A DNA stretch of 64,000 nucleotides from Bacillota bacterium (lineage in GTDB: Bacteria > Bacillota > Ch66 > Ch109): NCBI GenBank assembly GCA_050952625.1, contig JBMNLH010000001.1:1568001-1632000 (forward strand), in the 5' to 3' direction. Numbering within the stretch: position 1 is the stretch's first letter; each line of letters opens with the position of its first letter. The translations under genes were made by a program, and so were the position numbers. The notes under the pieces are model-generated. The model did no database searches, was not told the DNA's origin, and was given only the letters and a program-made list of their open reading frames with translations. This document shows, one piece after another, positions 50,867 through 63,864 of the stretch.

Positions 50867-53800
50867 CTATCCATGCAAAAGATTGTATAAAACCTGAGCC
50901 ATTTCTGCCCGTGAAGAAGTGGCCAGAGGCCTCAGCAATCCATTGCTCCCACTTACTGTGCCCGTTTCGACAAATAGCTTGATCGCTGGTTTCGCCCAGG
51001 AAGCAATTCCATCGGCATCACTGAAGCTTTCCAGGTTCTTGTCACCGTTTCCCTCTGGCAGTTCCTCAATGACCTTTAGGGCATTGTAGAGCATGGTAAA
51101 CATCTCCTGCCGAGTAATAAAACGTTCTGGGGCGTACATATTGTCCCCGATCCCGCTTACTATCTTTAGATTTTTGGCGGCAGCCAGGTAATTAGTGTAA
51201 TAGGTATTTCCGGCATCAGCAAAGTTGATCGTCGGGTTTTGCTCAGGATCAATTCCGTAGGCTTTCATCATCATCACTACAAACTGTCCTCGGGTCATCT
51301 GCTGAGTTGGGCCGAATCTGCCCGATTCAACTCCCTTGACTATATCCCGGGCTGCCAGGAATCCAATCGCATTACTGTACCAGTCTGTATCTTTCACGTC
51401 CTCGAAGCTGACGTCATTGTAACCAATCGCATACTTGGAAAAATGAGTTGTCTCGAAATCAACCGTATTGGTAGCCGGATTGAAAGCACCCCGGACCGCA
51501 ATCAAGTTCTGATTGTTGTCAATGTAGTAAACGACAATCGCCTCTTCCTTCTCACCTGGTTTTGGTGTATACGGAATGCTGAGGCGAGCCTTTCCGCCTT
51601 CAAAACTGGAGATTTCTGTGTCCCCAGCCTTAACTGAGAAGTTGTAAACTGGACGATCAGCAACAACCGCCAGGGCTTGCGGGGATAACGAACCCGCATC
51701 AACACTGGCTACGCTGATGCTGACATCCCCAGTCGAAGCCGCATTATTGATAGTCTGAAGTACCTTGTTGTCAAAGGTGACGGTTGCCAGGGCTGTATTG
51801 ACCGTGACGTTGGCTTGCGTTTCAGTCGCCAAGTTCATAATTGATGTTTTGGGAATTGCGATCTCCACCGCTTTTGCTTCTGGGGCTGCTTCAACTTTTA
51901 TTTCCACGACCGCCTTCTGTCCAGCAGCCTCCGCTGTTTTGGCCTGAGTAATCATGGCTTCCATAGCTGTTGTGCTTACGGGAGCGGTAGCTTTACCGGT
52001 AGCACTATCCAGAGCGGCAGTCGTACTGGTTGACGCTGTTGTCGTTCCATCCGTTGTTGTGGGAGGGTTTGTCGTTGTTGGGGGAGTTGTTGGGGTAGCG
52101 GGTGCTCCGCTACTACTGCTACCTCCGCCGCTGCTGCCTCCACCGCTAGTAACTGATACCAGGCCGGCAATCGCATTGTTAATAGCTACTGTCTTTTCCA
52201 CCATCTCGTCCAGGGTTGTTTCCGGCAGTGCCAAGGCAGTTGTTAAGATCACCCAACTGGCCGTGGTGTAGTTAGCCTGCACCTTGGCATCCGCCGCCGC
52301 CTTCGCTGCGATTAAGTCACCAACCGCTCCGTCAACCAGGTAGTAAGTTAAAAGGCACGTCCCAAAGCGATAATCTTCATCCCTAACTTCTATCATTAAC
52401 TGATAGCCTTGATCAGGACCAGTTCCCGGTACGCGGTATTTGTCGTCAAAAGTGCTCAAGTCAACAGAAAAGGAAAAACGGTTGTCACTCCTAATCACCT
52501 CCGGTCCAATACCCTCAACTATTACCCCTTCGTAATCGCCGTCCTGCATGGCCGCATGGCTTCTTATAGCAACCTCAAAACCAGTGATCGCTTTGCCTTT
52601 AGCTTCTATACTGCCGCTAACCTGCAGCACCGGATATGACAGAGAGATCTGTGCTTCTTCCTCGGGGGATTCACATTCCACAATAATTTCAGGGTCAATA
52701 GGGCCTCCGCCGCCACCTTCAGTGCTGACCACCACATAACAGCCAACCGTTGCATTACCGTCAACCGAAGCGGCTGTTATGAGAGCTGGCCCTTCCGCAA
52801 CGGCGGTCAATAGACCTTGGTCACTGACCGTGACTGCGTCGGGATTATTGCTTTGCCAGGTAACTTCCCGATTAGTTGCGTCCGCCGGATGGGCAAGGGC
52901 TTCGAGCTGACAGGTATCTCCCACCTTTAGTTCCAGGCCGGTTGCCAATTCCTGCGTTTCCGTTAGAATCAGATCAATCCACTCCACCAAAACATCGGAG
53001 GAACCCGGAGAACGTTCATCTCTTAGTGCCTGCAGGGTTTGAACGCCTCGGTTGTGTTCAGCCCAGGCCATTTGAAGCTGAACCGTGTTCAGCGCATAGT
53101 CCATCACCATGCAGTTGTCCAATTTTTCCTTATACTCAGCAGATTCGGTCTCAAAATCTTCATCGCTCAGCGAACGCAGGTAGTCAGCGTTTCGCTGGAT
53201 CTCATCCGCCACAATCATTGCATTATAGTAGGCACCGCTCGTTCCCTCCAACTGCTCGATAAATCGTGGAATGTCGGACTTATTGAGAGAAATAGATTCC
53301 CGGTAAAGTTTTAAAATGGTGTCGTTTTGTGATAAATAACTTTGGGAATCGGTGATTTCCTTGCCAATCAATTCTCCTAAATTTTGATAGGCTTCCTGAT
53401 TCCCGTACACCCCTAGCTCTCTAAGCAACTGATCAAGCTGACCAGCATCGTACTGGCAATTACGCTGCCCGGTAGTTATCTGGAGCAGGAACTGGAGTTC
53501 CTGGGCACGCAAATCACTCAAATCAGTTTTTATCTGGTTAAATACCGTCGCTTTTTGCTCTGCCGCTGCCGCGTCAATTAAACTGTTGACATAGTCCTCA
53601 TTCACAATCGGCATATTTTCGCCATAATTTTCCGGGTTGTAATAAGTAAAATAGGGACTGGTCTTGTACAGGTTCTTCAAGGACACATAGGCACCAGCCA
53701 TGAAGGTCGCGCTATTTTGCAGATTGGTGTAAAGCGAGTCATACCCGGCAGCCGCGGCTTTTAGCTCCGATTCGAACAGCGCGGATTCGGTTTGAAAATC

Positions 53801-55493
53801 ATCGATGTTCTTCTCGATAATAGTCTGCTGACCCTCCATCCCAGCCAGCAATTGATAATCGTTTTCCCACCATCCCGTGGTTAGCATGCTTTCGAGGTTA
53901 CTCTGGATTGTACCATAGCTAATCCCGTTCAACACATAACTTTTTAGATCTCCGCCAACATAAGCAACATAGACACTCTCCAGGCCGTTGATTTCCTGCT
54001 CAACACTGTCAAACTGGGGCCCGCAGCGTCTCATCCGCGATCAAAGCCTCCACGTCCTGGATATACTGCTGGAGGAGTTCGATAGATTTATCCCAGTTAT
54101 CAACCAGGTCCTGGCCGCTGGAATCAATAACCGATTTTGTCTCACTGTACGGATGATAGTAAGAAAAATAAGCCGCCGGGTCGATGGGCGTGGTCAGATC
54201 AATTGCTCCATAAGGAGCATCTGCATAACACGAAACCCACAGGTCGTTCTCGATGATTTTCTGTTCGGCAGTTGGATGATTGGTTAATGCCCCCCCATCA
54301 TCGTAATCCAGCAGGGCATAGATGTCATGCTTGCGTTGGAGCACCTCCGCCAGAATACCCTCAAATCCTGATTTGATACTGGTCGCCTCCGACTCAACTT
54401 GAGCTCTCTTGGCCGCAATTTCTTCTTCAGTCATTTCTTCATCAGGAGCGGGGATACCATAATTTACTGCCTCCGTGCTCCAAGCAAAAGTAGCCGCCAC
54501 ATTCTCTGCCAACGCAGTTTCTTTTTGTTTAATCAGCTGCTCCTTTTCCTCTTCTTTCTGCTGTTCCAGAATGCGCAGAGTTTCCATCGATGAAGACAAT
54601 TGTCCTAGCTGGCTGTTGATCTCGTTGATAATTGCCTTGTCGGTTCTTTCCAGGATATCCAGCATTTCCTGCATAATGGCCAAGACTTCACCGACATCCG
54701 GGTCCTCCCGCAACTTGCCGTACATGTCCACCGCCCGATCTTTAAGGAAGAAAATGCATTCGGCAATGGCCTCGCTGACCTTACTAGCGGAAGGAGTGAT
54801 GGCCGGAATCATGATATTGTCGATAATTATATCCTTGATTAAAATTTCCGAACCGGCTTTGAAGGCGTTTCCTACCTGTTTGGCCTTGATGTCCGCGAGT
54901 TTTTCGTAGATTGCCTGCCCAGCGGCGTATTCCTGATCTATGTCCTGTGTCAGCTGCAAGGCCGCTTCGTACTGCGAACTCTGTTTAACCTCGACCGAAA
55001 AGTTGCCCAGTTCAGATTTAACATCGTTTAGACTCTTATCGCCCACCATCAGCGTGTTGTAGCCGTTGCCGGTAAAGAACGCCGCTAGCCCGGGATATTC
55101 CCGCGCCCCAATGGCCGCTTCCCAGGCTTCGCCGGCTGCCTTCCACCCTGAGACCTCGTTTTTCCAATCAACCATTGCCTGGCTCCCGGCTGATCCAAAC
55201 TGGTCAGCTCGATAGGCTGGGGCAAAAGCATAGTTACGCGAAACAGTTCTTCGGTCCGTTTCATCCAGCATGTTCCACATATTAGCGTTAAAGGCTGACC
55301 CCATCTGATCAGAGCGGTACTGGGTTCCATTATACTCAAAAACGACATAATACCTAAGACCGTCGCCGACAGTACTAACTACTCGAGCCTGTCCCGACTC
55401 TGCCCCCAGAGCAGTCGACGGGTTAATTAAAACAGGACTCAGGCTAGTGAAAAGCAAAAACAATCCTAAACAAATGGATAAAAATTTTTTCAT
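50867..55493 (-). CDS. Large secreted S-layer homology protein (helical N-term, Ig-like Big_2, C-terminal SLH repeats); frameshift near 54020
   Basis: Signal peptide MKKFLSICLG; P.DATNREVTWQSNNP; Gly/Ser/Thr linker; THFSKYAIGY; TRGQF/TRQEM/SRAEM SLH motifs. Confidence 0.8.
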
Positions 55494-55649
55494 TTGAACC
55501 CCCCCATCTTTAATATAACGTCTATTTCTCAATATAACAGTATCGCCAAATTTTACATACCCCCCTTCGTAGGTACCTAGTGTATAGTAAAAAAACAGGT
55601 TCAAGAAAAATAGATCTTTTCCAATACTGGTTGATTAGAACCATAAAAA

Positions 55650-55967
55650 TCATCCCTTGACAAAGTATAATTTCCGGCCAAACTCTTCGATAAAAAGACC
55701 AAGCAATTCTTCAAAGTTAGTGTTTGGCGCGAAAACTCCCTGGTAGCTTCCTTGTTGAGAAAATATTTCAAGTTCCATTACTTTAGCTTTTTTTTGATTC
55801 AGACTAATAGAGATTATATCGGAGTCGTTGATAACGATTTGATTAAGTTCTCCGCCTTCTGGAATATCTTGGATTAATGGCGTTAATCTTATTTGCTTTT
55901 TCGCCAAAATCAATATATATGGGTGAGTTTTAAAAAAGCCAGATTTTAATTTTAATAAATAGGACAT
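55650..55967 (-). CDS. Hypothetical protein
   Basis: GAGGTG RBS, 105-aa ORF divergent from the regulator. Confidence 0.55.
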   Translation of the reverse strand: MSYLLKLKSGFFKTHPYILILAKKQIRLTPLIQDIPEGGELNQIVINDSDIISISLNQKKAKVMELEIFSQQGSYQGVFAPNTNFEELLGLFIEEFGRKLYFVKG

Positions 55968-56117
55968 AACGCCACCTCTGGATAAATCATATCAACCTAA
56001 CCTGAAAAGCAAAATGCCTTTGCCGGATGTGGCAATGCCAAATCTTTGGCACGATTTGTGACAAACCGTTTGCGCTTGTAGTTATGCTCTGGCAGAATAT
56101 ATTATGGGGTGATCCTA

Positions 56118-57656
56118 ATGAACTTTGGCGAAAAACTTGATTTTCTAATGAACATCACTAATACGACGAACAGTGCTCTAGCTCTTTCAGTTTCTCTGGA
56201 TTCCTCTTTTATTAGCCGTTTACGCCGAGGAGTACGTGTCCCGGCTAAAAAAGAAAACTATCTCAAGGCTATGGCCACCTATTTTGCTCGTCATTGTCAA
56301 GCTGAATATCAAAAAGTTGCCTTAGCCGGGCTGCTAAAAATTGACCATACAAATCTACCAACAGATATAGAAAAAACGGCAGAGCTGATTTACGAATGGT
56401 TTTTACAAAAAAGCCGGGATGAGCAAAAATCAGTAGAAAGTCTGGTTGATGGTTTAAGGCAGTTTAAATTTAAAAAGCCCCTACCAACTGATGTTCCCGA
56501 TTCTTTGAACATTACTGAACCTGGTAACGTTAAGAACCCGGTATTCTATGGAACAAAAGGCAAGCAGGAAGCAGTCATTCACTTTTTATCTCTTGTCTTG
56601 AAAAACAAAAGACCTCAAACACTGCTTCTATACAGCGATGAGGACTTAGACTGGTTAACTCTAGACCCGGAGTTTACTGTAAAATGGTCGGTCCTTTTAT
56701 CACAGGTAATTATGGGTGGCAATAGGATTAAAATAATCCATGTAATAAACCGCAGTCTTGACGAGATGTTGCATGGAATTGAAAAATGGCTCCCAATTTA
56801 CATGACCGGGGCCATTGAACCATATTATTATCCGAAAAGTCGTGATCGAGTATTTAGACGCACTCTTTTTATAGCCCCTGATACAGCGGCTGTTGTTTCA
56901 TCCTCCGTAGGCAATAAGACAAAAGAAGCGGCCAATTTTCTTTTTACCGATAATAAGACGATTGCTGCGCTTACCCAAGAGTATAACGACTACTTAGCCC
57001 TATGTCGTCCGCTGATGCAAATCTTTACACCGTTCAACAATGCAGGTTGCCTTGATACCCTAGCCGAATTTGAGGAAGAAGAAGCTGACAGCATCATAAA
57101 AACTGACTCACTTTCCAGTATCACCATGCCGCCATCGGTAGTTGAAAGTATTCATCAACGATTACCTAAAGACCAAAGAGACCAAATCCTAACTTACCAC
57201 CAAACAAGGAGTAAGAACTTCCAACAGAAACTAAAAAATTATAATTTCACTGAAATAATTACTATGCCTGACATACAATCTATACAAAGGCACAAGGTTA
57301 AAATTGGCTTATCCGATCTGCTGATTGACACTGAACTCTTCTATACACCAGAGGAATTTCGTCGTCATCTCCAAAATATTATTCAGTTACTTCAATCCTA
57401 TGCTAACTTTAAAGTTTATCTGGTTCCCCGTGTGAAAACAACCGGTGCCCTGATTTATGTTAAAGAGGACGTCGGTATCTTGATAGCCAAAACCTCTTCG
57501 CCGCCGGTGGTTTTTGCGATAAACGAAAGCAATATGACTGCTGCATTTTGGGATTATATGAACTTGATGTTAAGTAAGACAGCAAAAAAGAAGCAAGAAA
57601 AAAGGCAAACTATTTGCGAGTCGGAAAAAATCATCGATGAATTAAATTATGAGTAA
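56118..57656 (+). CDS. Large transcriptional regulator with N-terminal XRE-like HTH
   Basis: FGEKLDFLM...NSALA..VSLDSSFISRLRRG.R. Confidence 0.7.
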   Translation: MNFGEKLDFLMNITNTTNSALALSVSLDSSFISRLRRGVRVPAKKENYLKAMATYFARHCQAEYQKVALAGLLKIDHTNLPTDIEKTAELIYEWFLQKSRDEQKSVESLVDGLRQFKFKKPLPTDVPDSLNITEPGNVKNPVFYGTKGKQEAVIHFLSLVLKNKRPQTLLLYSDEDLDWLTLDPEFTVKWSVLLSQVIMGGNRIKIIHVINRSLDEMLHGIEKWLPIYMTGAIEPYYYPKSRDRVFRRTLFIAPDTAAVVSSSVGNKTKEAANFLFTDNKTIAALTQEYNDYLALCRPLMQIFTPFNNAGCLDTLAEFEEEEADSIIKTDSLSSITMPPSVVESIHQRLPKDQRDQILTYHQTRSKNFQQKLKNYNFTEIITMPDIQSIQRHKVKIGLSDLLIDTELFYTPEEFRRHLQNIIQLLQSYANFKVYLVPRVKTTGALIYVKEDVGILIAKTSSPPVVFAINESNMTAAFWDYMNLMLSKTAKKKQEKRQTICESEKIIDELNYE

Positions 57657-57897
57657 AAAACGGCACAAAACGCAAGATTATCAATAGTCTATAATTACCC
57701 GCCAAAATAGGCTGATTCACAGCTATACTATTGCATTCTCTAAGCCTGAATCTGCCAAAAAGAAATGGAAGATCGGGATAAATCCATCCCGGGTTCGAAC
57801 CCTTGTTTTATGGTCACTCACAAAACAAGCCGCCCCACAAGCCATAAAATGGCCTAGGGCGGCTTTGCAGTGGTTTTTTAATATAACATAGTGCCCA

Positions 57898-59002
57898 CTA
57901 TTCAGCCAACTGCTGAAGCAGTTCGGCTGAAGGTTCGTTAGGGATCACCGCGATTGTTTGTCCATTATACCCAAAGATATTCTGGTTATCATTAGTAATT
58001 TCCCCGATCACCGCCGCTAACCCTTGCTTACTGCGAATAGCAGCTAATACCTCGTCAACGTCACTCGGGGCAACCTGCAGCAACATACGGGCCTGGGTTT
58101 CACAAATCATTATTTCTTCCGGACTAATATCAGTTACTCGCACTGGTGCTTTGGACAATTCAACCCTGGCCCCCAGGCCGCCAAAACGGGCTGATTCGCA
58201 GACAGCGGCCCCGATCCCAGCGGCTCCTAAGTCAGAACAAGCTTTAATTTTTCCAGTCGCAAAGGCCGCCAAGGTAGCTTCCATCGTCTGCCGTTCTTCT
58301 TTAAAAAGAGCAATGGCTGGCTGCATTGTTGATACTAATCCAGCCCTATATAGAGTATCATTGCCATCGGTCCCGGTTTCCCCAATGATGATAATTTTAT
58401 CGCCGGCAGATTTCGCGGGCTTAGTTAAAGGTTTATCTGTCACCAGTTTGCCAATCACCGCTACGACGATGGCCGGCACAATATCGCTAAAAGAGGTGGA
58501 GAAACCGCCTCCAACCACAAAAACGCCCATCGTCTCACACATATCCGCCATGCCTTTAAGCATTAAATTAATCCTATCCTGACTGGTCATGACCTGGCAG
58601 TTGCCGCACGTACATTTACCTTCAAACCCACAAGGGCCAACAATAACTTCTTGTTCCAGCGGGCGGGTACCAATAAAATCAAGGAGGAACATTGGTCTAG
58701 CCCCCATGGCTACTACATCTCGCATGGCCCCCGCCAGCCCCGGTAGCGGCTGCATCATAAGGACGAGGTACCCCTGGGGAACAATGACTTTCCATCTTGG
58801 CAACCACAAAACAATTCTTATCCGGGATATTAAATACCGCTGCATCATCATTGGCATCAGGACCTACCAATAATGCTCCAGGCCATGTTTGGGCAACCTT
58901 TTGATTTAATTCTTTAAAAATTCCAAAGTCAATCGCCTTATCGATATTGTGATGCAGGTGAACAAACAGAGCGTGCATGAGTGCCTTTTCAACTTTATTC
59001 AT
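57898..59002 (-). CDS. AIR synthase-related, half-size PurL-like protein; frameshift near 58740
   Basis: DDAAV, KMESHCSP...AATG..G.MRDVVAMGARP, DLGAAG, ETQARM. Confidence 0.75.
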
Positions 59003-59164
59003 CCTTCAATCCTCCTAATAAAATATGGTTAGTTATGCCCTGGCACTTAGAGATTCAATCATTTTAAGACCATGCTATATTTTAACACAGATCGGACTGA
59101 TTCTTTCTAATTATAGTATTTTAGCCGGTGTATTACCAGATTATTTCGCAGCCGGTCTCAGTAA

Positions 59165-59277
59165 GTGAACTCATCCAGCATCGCCGAACATCAGGGCTTC
59201 AGGTGGAGACTCAACTCCACCTGAAGTTTGAACAAGGTAACACCCGCTTAGAAGTAAGGGTGCTTTGAACTCAGATA
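59165..59277 (-). repeat. PATE/MITE-like element copy D
   Basis: Reverse copy containing CTTCAGGTGGAGACTCAACTCCACCTGAAG and AACAAGGTAAC. Confidence 0.75.
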
Positions 59278-59422
59278 TAACAAGTTGGCAGACGAAAAAG
59301 CAAAGGAATATTTATTAGTGTTTCGGAAAAATATAATAGAGAAGGATTCTTCGCTTCGCCCAGTATGACACGATACTAAAACCTATTTTTAATAAAATTT
59401 AAATTAACGGGAGGTATCAACG

Positions 59423-59863
59423 ATGACTCAACTTACGCCTTACAACAGAAATCGGCACCCACACAGTCTTTTTGATGCAGAAAGCTTCTTTGACCGCTTT
59501 TTCAATGATGCATTCCTGCCATCTCTCTATCTGAACACTAGTCAGATGAGAGTCGATGTTAAAGAGAATGAAAGGGAATATATTGTTGAGGCGGATCTGC
59601 CCGGGATCAAGAAAGAGGAGATCGGAATTGATTTGCACGATAATCTGCTAACCATCTCGGTCGCTAGAAACGAGACAGTCGACGAAGAAAATGAGCGATA
59701 TATCAGAAAAGAAAGAAAATACGGCTCCATGTCTCGATCATTTACTGTAGCAAATGTGAATGAAGAGGCGATAAAAGCCCAGTTTGACAATGGAGTACTC
59801 AAGGTGATCCTTCCCAAGCTAAAACAAGAAAACACTAAAATCAAGAGAATCGAGATTCATTAA
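59423..59863 (+). CDS. Hsp20/alpha-crystallin small heat shock protein
   Basis: VDVKE, ADLPG, ERKYG.M.RSF, A.FDNGVL.V.LPK. Confidence 0.95.
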   Translation: MTQLTPYNRNRHPHSLFDAESFFDRFFNDAFLPSLYLNTSQMRVDVKENEREYIVEADLPGIKKEEIGIDLHDNLLTISVARNETVDEENERYIRKERKYGSMSRSFTVANVNEEAIKAQFDNGVLKVILPKLKQENTKIKRIEIH

Positions 59864-60061
59864 GTCGAAAATCTATTAGCCATTTATGTCCTAAGGTACA
59901 ACCACAAAGGAAAATAACTGAAATAACGTAGTATTTGCGTTTAAGAAAAGGCTTAAGTAAAAGCGGGTGTGACCATCACTCGCTTTACTGTTTAACCGCC
60001 CAATGTCCAAAAGACACAACCACTAATGAAAAATAGCGGACATATGTCATCTTATTAATTT

Positions 60062-60102
60062 TTTAGCTTCGCTGAGTATCGAGGTTTCAGATGGAGACTC
60101 TA
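60062..60102 (-). repeat. PATE/MITE-like element copy E (partial, degraded)
   Basis: AGCTTCGCTGAGTATCGAGGTTTCAGATGGAGACTCTA matches the core of copy B. Confidence 0.55.
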
Positions 60103-60318
60103 TAGCTGTTTCATCGACCATTCTAGACGGATTACTGAAATTATTTTTTGTATTTATTTACATTTCGACAAAGTTTTTCAAAGGAATTTTTAAAATAATG
60201 TCAAATTATTTAAGACAATTAAGTATCTTCAGGAAACAACAGCAGTGCGGAGAATATCTAGCCAAGAACGTTTCAATATATGCTGGAAAAACTCTCTGGA
60301 ACGAAAGGAGAGTCGAAA

Positions 60319-62315
60319 ATGATAAATCAAACCCCAGATTATCTAACAGCAAACTCCATTATCGTAACATTACTTAAACGCAAACAAATAGAAAAGACCC
60401 TGGCTTTTCAGGCTGAGCTATTATCTAACGTACATGATGCCCTCACTGCTACCGACGAAAATTTCAATATCACCTATTGGAACAAAGGATCCGAAGAGCT
60501 ATTTGGCTGGACGGCTCAAGAAGCCCTGGGAAAACCCATTTTCGATTTATTTGGTAAAAATCAAGATGCTATAAACCAAATACTTATAAAAGGAAACTAT
60601 GAGGGTGAAATGTATTTTCGCCGTAAAGACGAGACATATATATTAGCTGAGATTCGTGCAAAAGCTATCCGCAGTCCGGAAGGTCAATTCAAGGGCGTTA
60701 TGACATCTAGCCGCGATATTACTGAACGCAAGCAGGCAGAAAAAGCACTGCAGGAAAGTGAAAAAAAATTCCGCACCCTCGTGGATCAAGCGGCTCAAAT
60801 GCTCTTTCTTCACGATGATGAGGGACACATTATTGACGTTAACCAAAAAACTGTTGCTCAGTTAGGTTATACCCGCGAGGAACTATTACAGATGCATGTT
60901 TTCGATTTGGACCCGGATGCTGACCAAAGAGACGATAAAAATTGGCTTTGGAAAAATTGGCCAACCGCGGGGAGGCAATCACCTTTGAAACTCGTCAACG
61001 GCGTAAGGACGGTTCTATCTACCCGGCCGAGGTAACTGCCTCTAAGATTGTTTTAAATGACACCACCTATGTGTTATGTTTGGTCCAAGACATAACCGAA
61101 CGCAAGCAGTTCGAAAAAGCATTGATCGATAACGAGATAAAATTTCGCGACCTGGCGGAGACCCTTCAATTAACTGATCGACGCAAAGATAAATTTTTAG
61201 CCATTCTCTCCCATGAGATCCGGAATCCGCTAGCGGCAATGAGAATGGCCTTGTCTCTCTTCGAACAAGACTCGTTGGATGGAGAACAAGCGAAAAAGGC
61301 TAAAGAAATCTTGAACCGTCAGGTTACTCACCTCTCTAGCCTAATAGATGATTTGCTTGATATTCCCAGAATTACCCAAAACAAAATTGTCCTGCAAAAA
61401 AAACAGTTAGAACTTAACGAGCTTGTTACTAAGACGGTTAAGAGTTTCCAGTTTCTCTTTCAAGAAAAGGGCATTCAACTGGAAATTAAATTAGCCCCAA
61501 CTTGCTTATATGTGGAAGCTGACGAAATCCGTCTAACCCAAGTGGTGGAAAACCTACTGCACAATGCGGCTAAATTTACAGCGAATAACGGAATTACTCA
61601 AGTAACCATATTCAAAGATAATTTACAGCAAAATGCGATCATTCAAGTTAAAGATAGCGGTATTGGGATGGAACCTGAGATGCTATCCCATATTTTCGAA
61701 CCCTTTATCCAAGCAGATACTTCGCTGGATCGCAGTGCCAGCGGTCTTGGACTTGGCCTGGCTCTAGTCAAGGATCTAGTCGAGTTGCATGATGGTAAAG
61801 TGACTGCTCACAGTGAGGGTTTAGGCAAAGGGTCCCGAATTCATTGTCTCACTTCCCCTAGTTAGCACTGTACAAGCCGAACAAGTGGCAATTGAAACAG
61901 ATAGAATCTTACCACCCAACACACAGCGCAGGAGACGAGTGTTAATTATCGATGATAATCGAGATATAGCTGAAATTCTCAGTTGCTTGCTCGAAAAAGA
62001 AGGCCATGAAGTGATGGTGGCGTATAACGGTACTCAAGGAATAGCCAATGCAAGACAATTCCGGCCTGAGGTGTTAATCTGCGACATCGATTGCCGGGTT
62101 TGGATGGCTATCAAGTAGCTCAAACCTTTAGGACTGATGAGGAACTGAAAGATGTCATCCGTATTTCTTTAACGGGATATACCCAACCCGAAGAACTCCA
62201 GCGCGCCCAAGAGGCCGGATTTCAATATCAACTATCGAAGCCGGTAGATCTAGAAACCCTAATCCAGGCACTGAACCAAATTGAGCCAGCCACTTCGGCG
62301 TCAAGTAATTCCTAA
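60319..62315 (+). CDS. PAS-PAS hybrid histidine kinase with REC; three frameshifts (about 60955, 61835, 62090)
   Basis: PAS/PAC RDITERK repeats, LSHEIRNPL, GLGLGL, VLIIDDN, KPVD; paralogous to the C-terminal part of 41948-43900. Confidence 0.8.
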
Positions 62316-62406
62316 TTTATTGCCCATAACTCCGTAACCAAATTAGAATAAATGTTAATAACTTTGCTCATTGTCTTGTTTAATAACCTTTTAAAGAAAC
62401 AAAGAT

Positions 62407-63674
62407 CTAAAAAATTTCTTTTATCTTATTATTTATACTTTCTATCATGTGTGGATCAGCCCCTGGAACTATTGCATCAGTGAGCCCATATTTTTGTTTT
62501 AGTTTTAAGATTCGATAAACACTTTGATCTATCCGTTCCGGTGCAATCACCCCGTTTTCCGCCGCCATTTGAATAGCCTTAATTACTGCCTCTTGTTTAG
62601 CAAAATCATGACAGACCAAGATAATATCACTGCCTGCCTGGATTGATTTTACCGCGGCTTCGCCTATGTCATAATTGTTGACTATTGCCCCCATGGTCAT
62701 ATCATCAGTAATGACAACTCCGTCAAACTTCATGTTTTTTCTTAAGACATCAGAAATGATGATTTGAGAAAAAGAAGCCGGGTGGTTCGGATCAATTTTC
62801 GGCAGTTGGATATGAGCAATCATAATCGCATCCGCCCCACTCTTTATTACCTCAGCAAAAGGAATGAGTTCAAAACTGTTTAACCGATCCAAATCGTTGT
62901 TTACGGTAGGCAACCCAATATGCGAATCGACTGAAGTATCGCCATGGCCAGGAAAATGCTTGACGACCGAAATTATATTTTGTGACTGGATGCCTTTCAT
63001 GGTTTGTATGCCTAACTTGCTGACAACATCGGCCTTGCTTCCAAAAGACCGATCCCCGATCACTGGGTTTTTAGGATTGCTGTTAATATCTAAAACCGGG
63101 GCGAAATTTAGATTGAGGCCAAGGAGTTTTAGTTCTTCCCCTAAAATGCTGCCCACTCGATAGGAAAGCTGGTTATTGTTAAGCTGGCCCATCTTTTTGC
63201 TGGTCGGTAGTTTCAGAAACTCCTCAGGCAGCCGAGAAATCCGGCCGCCTTCTTCATCAATGGCTAGGAATAACGGTATTGGGTTAACAGAGTTTGTTTC
63301 TTTCAATGAGTTAATTAAAGCCAACATTTGCTTGGAATCCCTGATATTCCGTTTAAACAGCACCAAGCCGGCTACATGATATTCTTTAATCATCTTTTGG
63401 GCATAGTCATCATTTTCGTATCCCTCAACCCCCACCATCACTAATTGACCAATCTTTTCCTCAAGACTCATTTCCTTGATCTGAGCTTGGATGGGATCGA
63501 AATTTTGGCTATTGCCGTCAGAGTGACTGCCTGATGGATTATTTAGATTATTTTGCCCCGATGTGTTGATAGGTTGCCGTTAGGGTTTTCTAGATTAATA
63601 CCCTGAGCCGCAATGTACCCGATGACCAGGGAAAAGACAAGCAAAGATAGAAAAATGAAATGTTTTTTTGACAT
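62407..63674 (-). CDS. nagZ: GH3 beta-N-acetylhexosaminidase with N-terminal signal/anchor; frameshift near 63585
   Basis: DEEGGRI, KHFPGHGDT.VDSH, ITDDMTM; start MSKKHFIFLSLLVF with GGAGG RBS. Confidence 0.85.
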
Positions 63675-63804
63675 TGACTTGTTTTCCTCCTAACCCTACT
63701 AACCACCCATGCCCAAGGACCCAACCACCAATGAAAATAACATCGGGAACGAACACATAGACCTAAGTTCAACATATAACTATAGTATAACAGGACTTTC
63801 TTTA

Positions 63805-63833
63805 TTGACAAAAGTTTTTCCTTAAGCTAGTAT
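63805..63833 (+). promoter_or_regulatory. Sigma-A promoter
   Basis: TTGACA-17 bp-TAGTAT upstream of the T-box leader. Confidence 0.7.
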
Positions 63834-63864
63834 AGGAAATATAGTATTAATAAAAATATAGAAT

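Noticed and set aside
57770-57805. tRNA gene or fragment (GGGTTCGAACCC resembles a T-arm)
   Set aside because: No acceptor stem, D-arm or anticodon arm could be folded around it.
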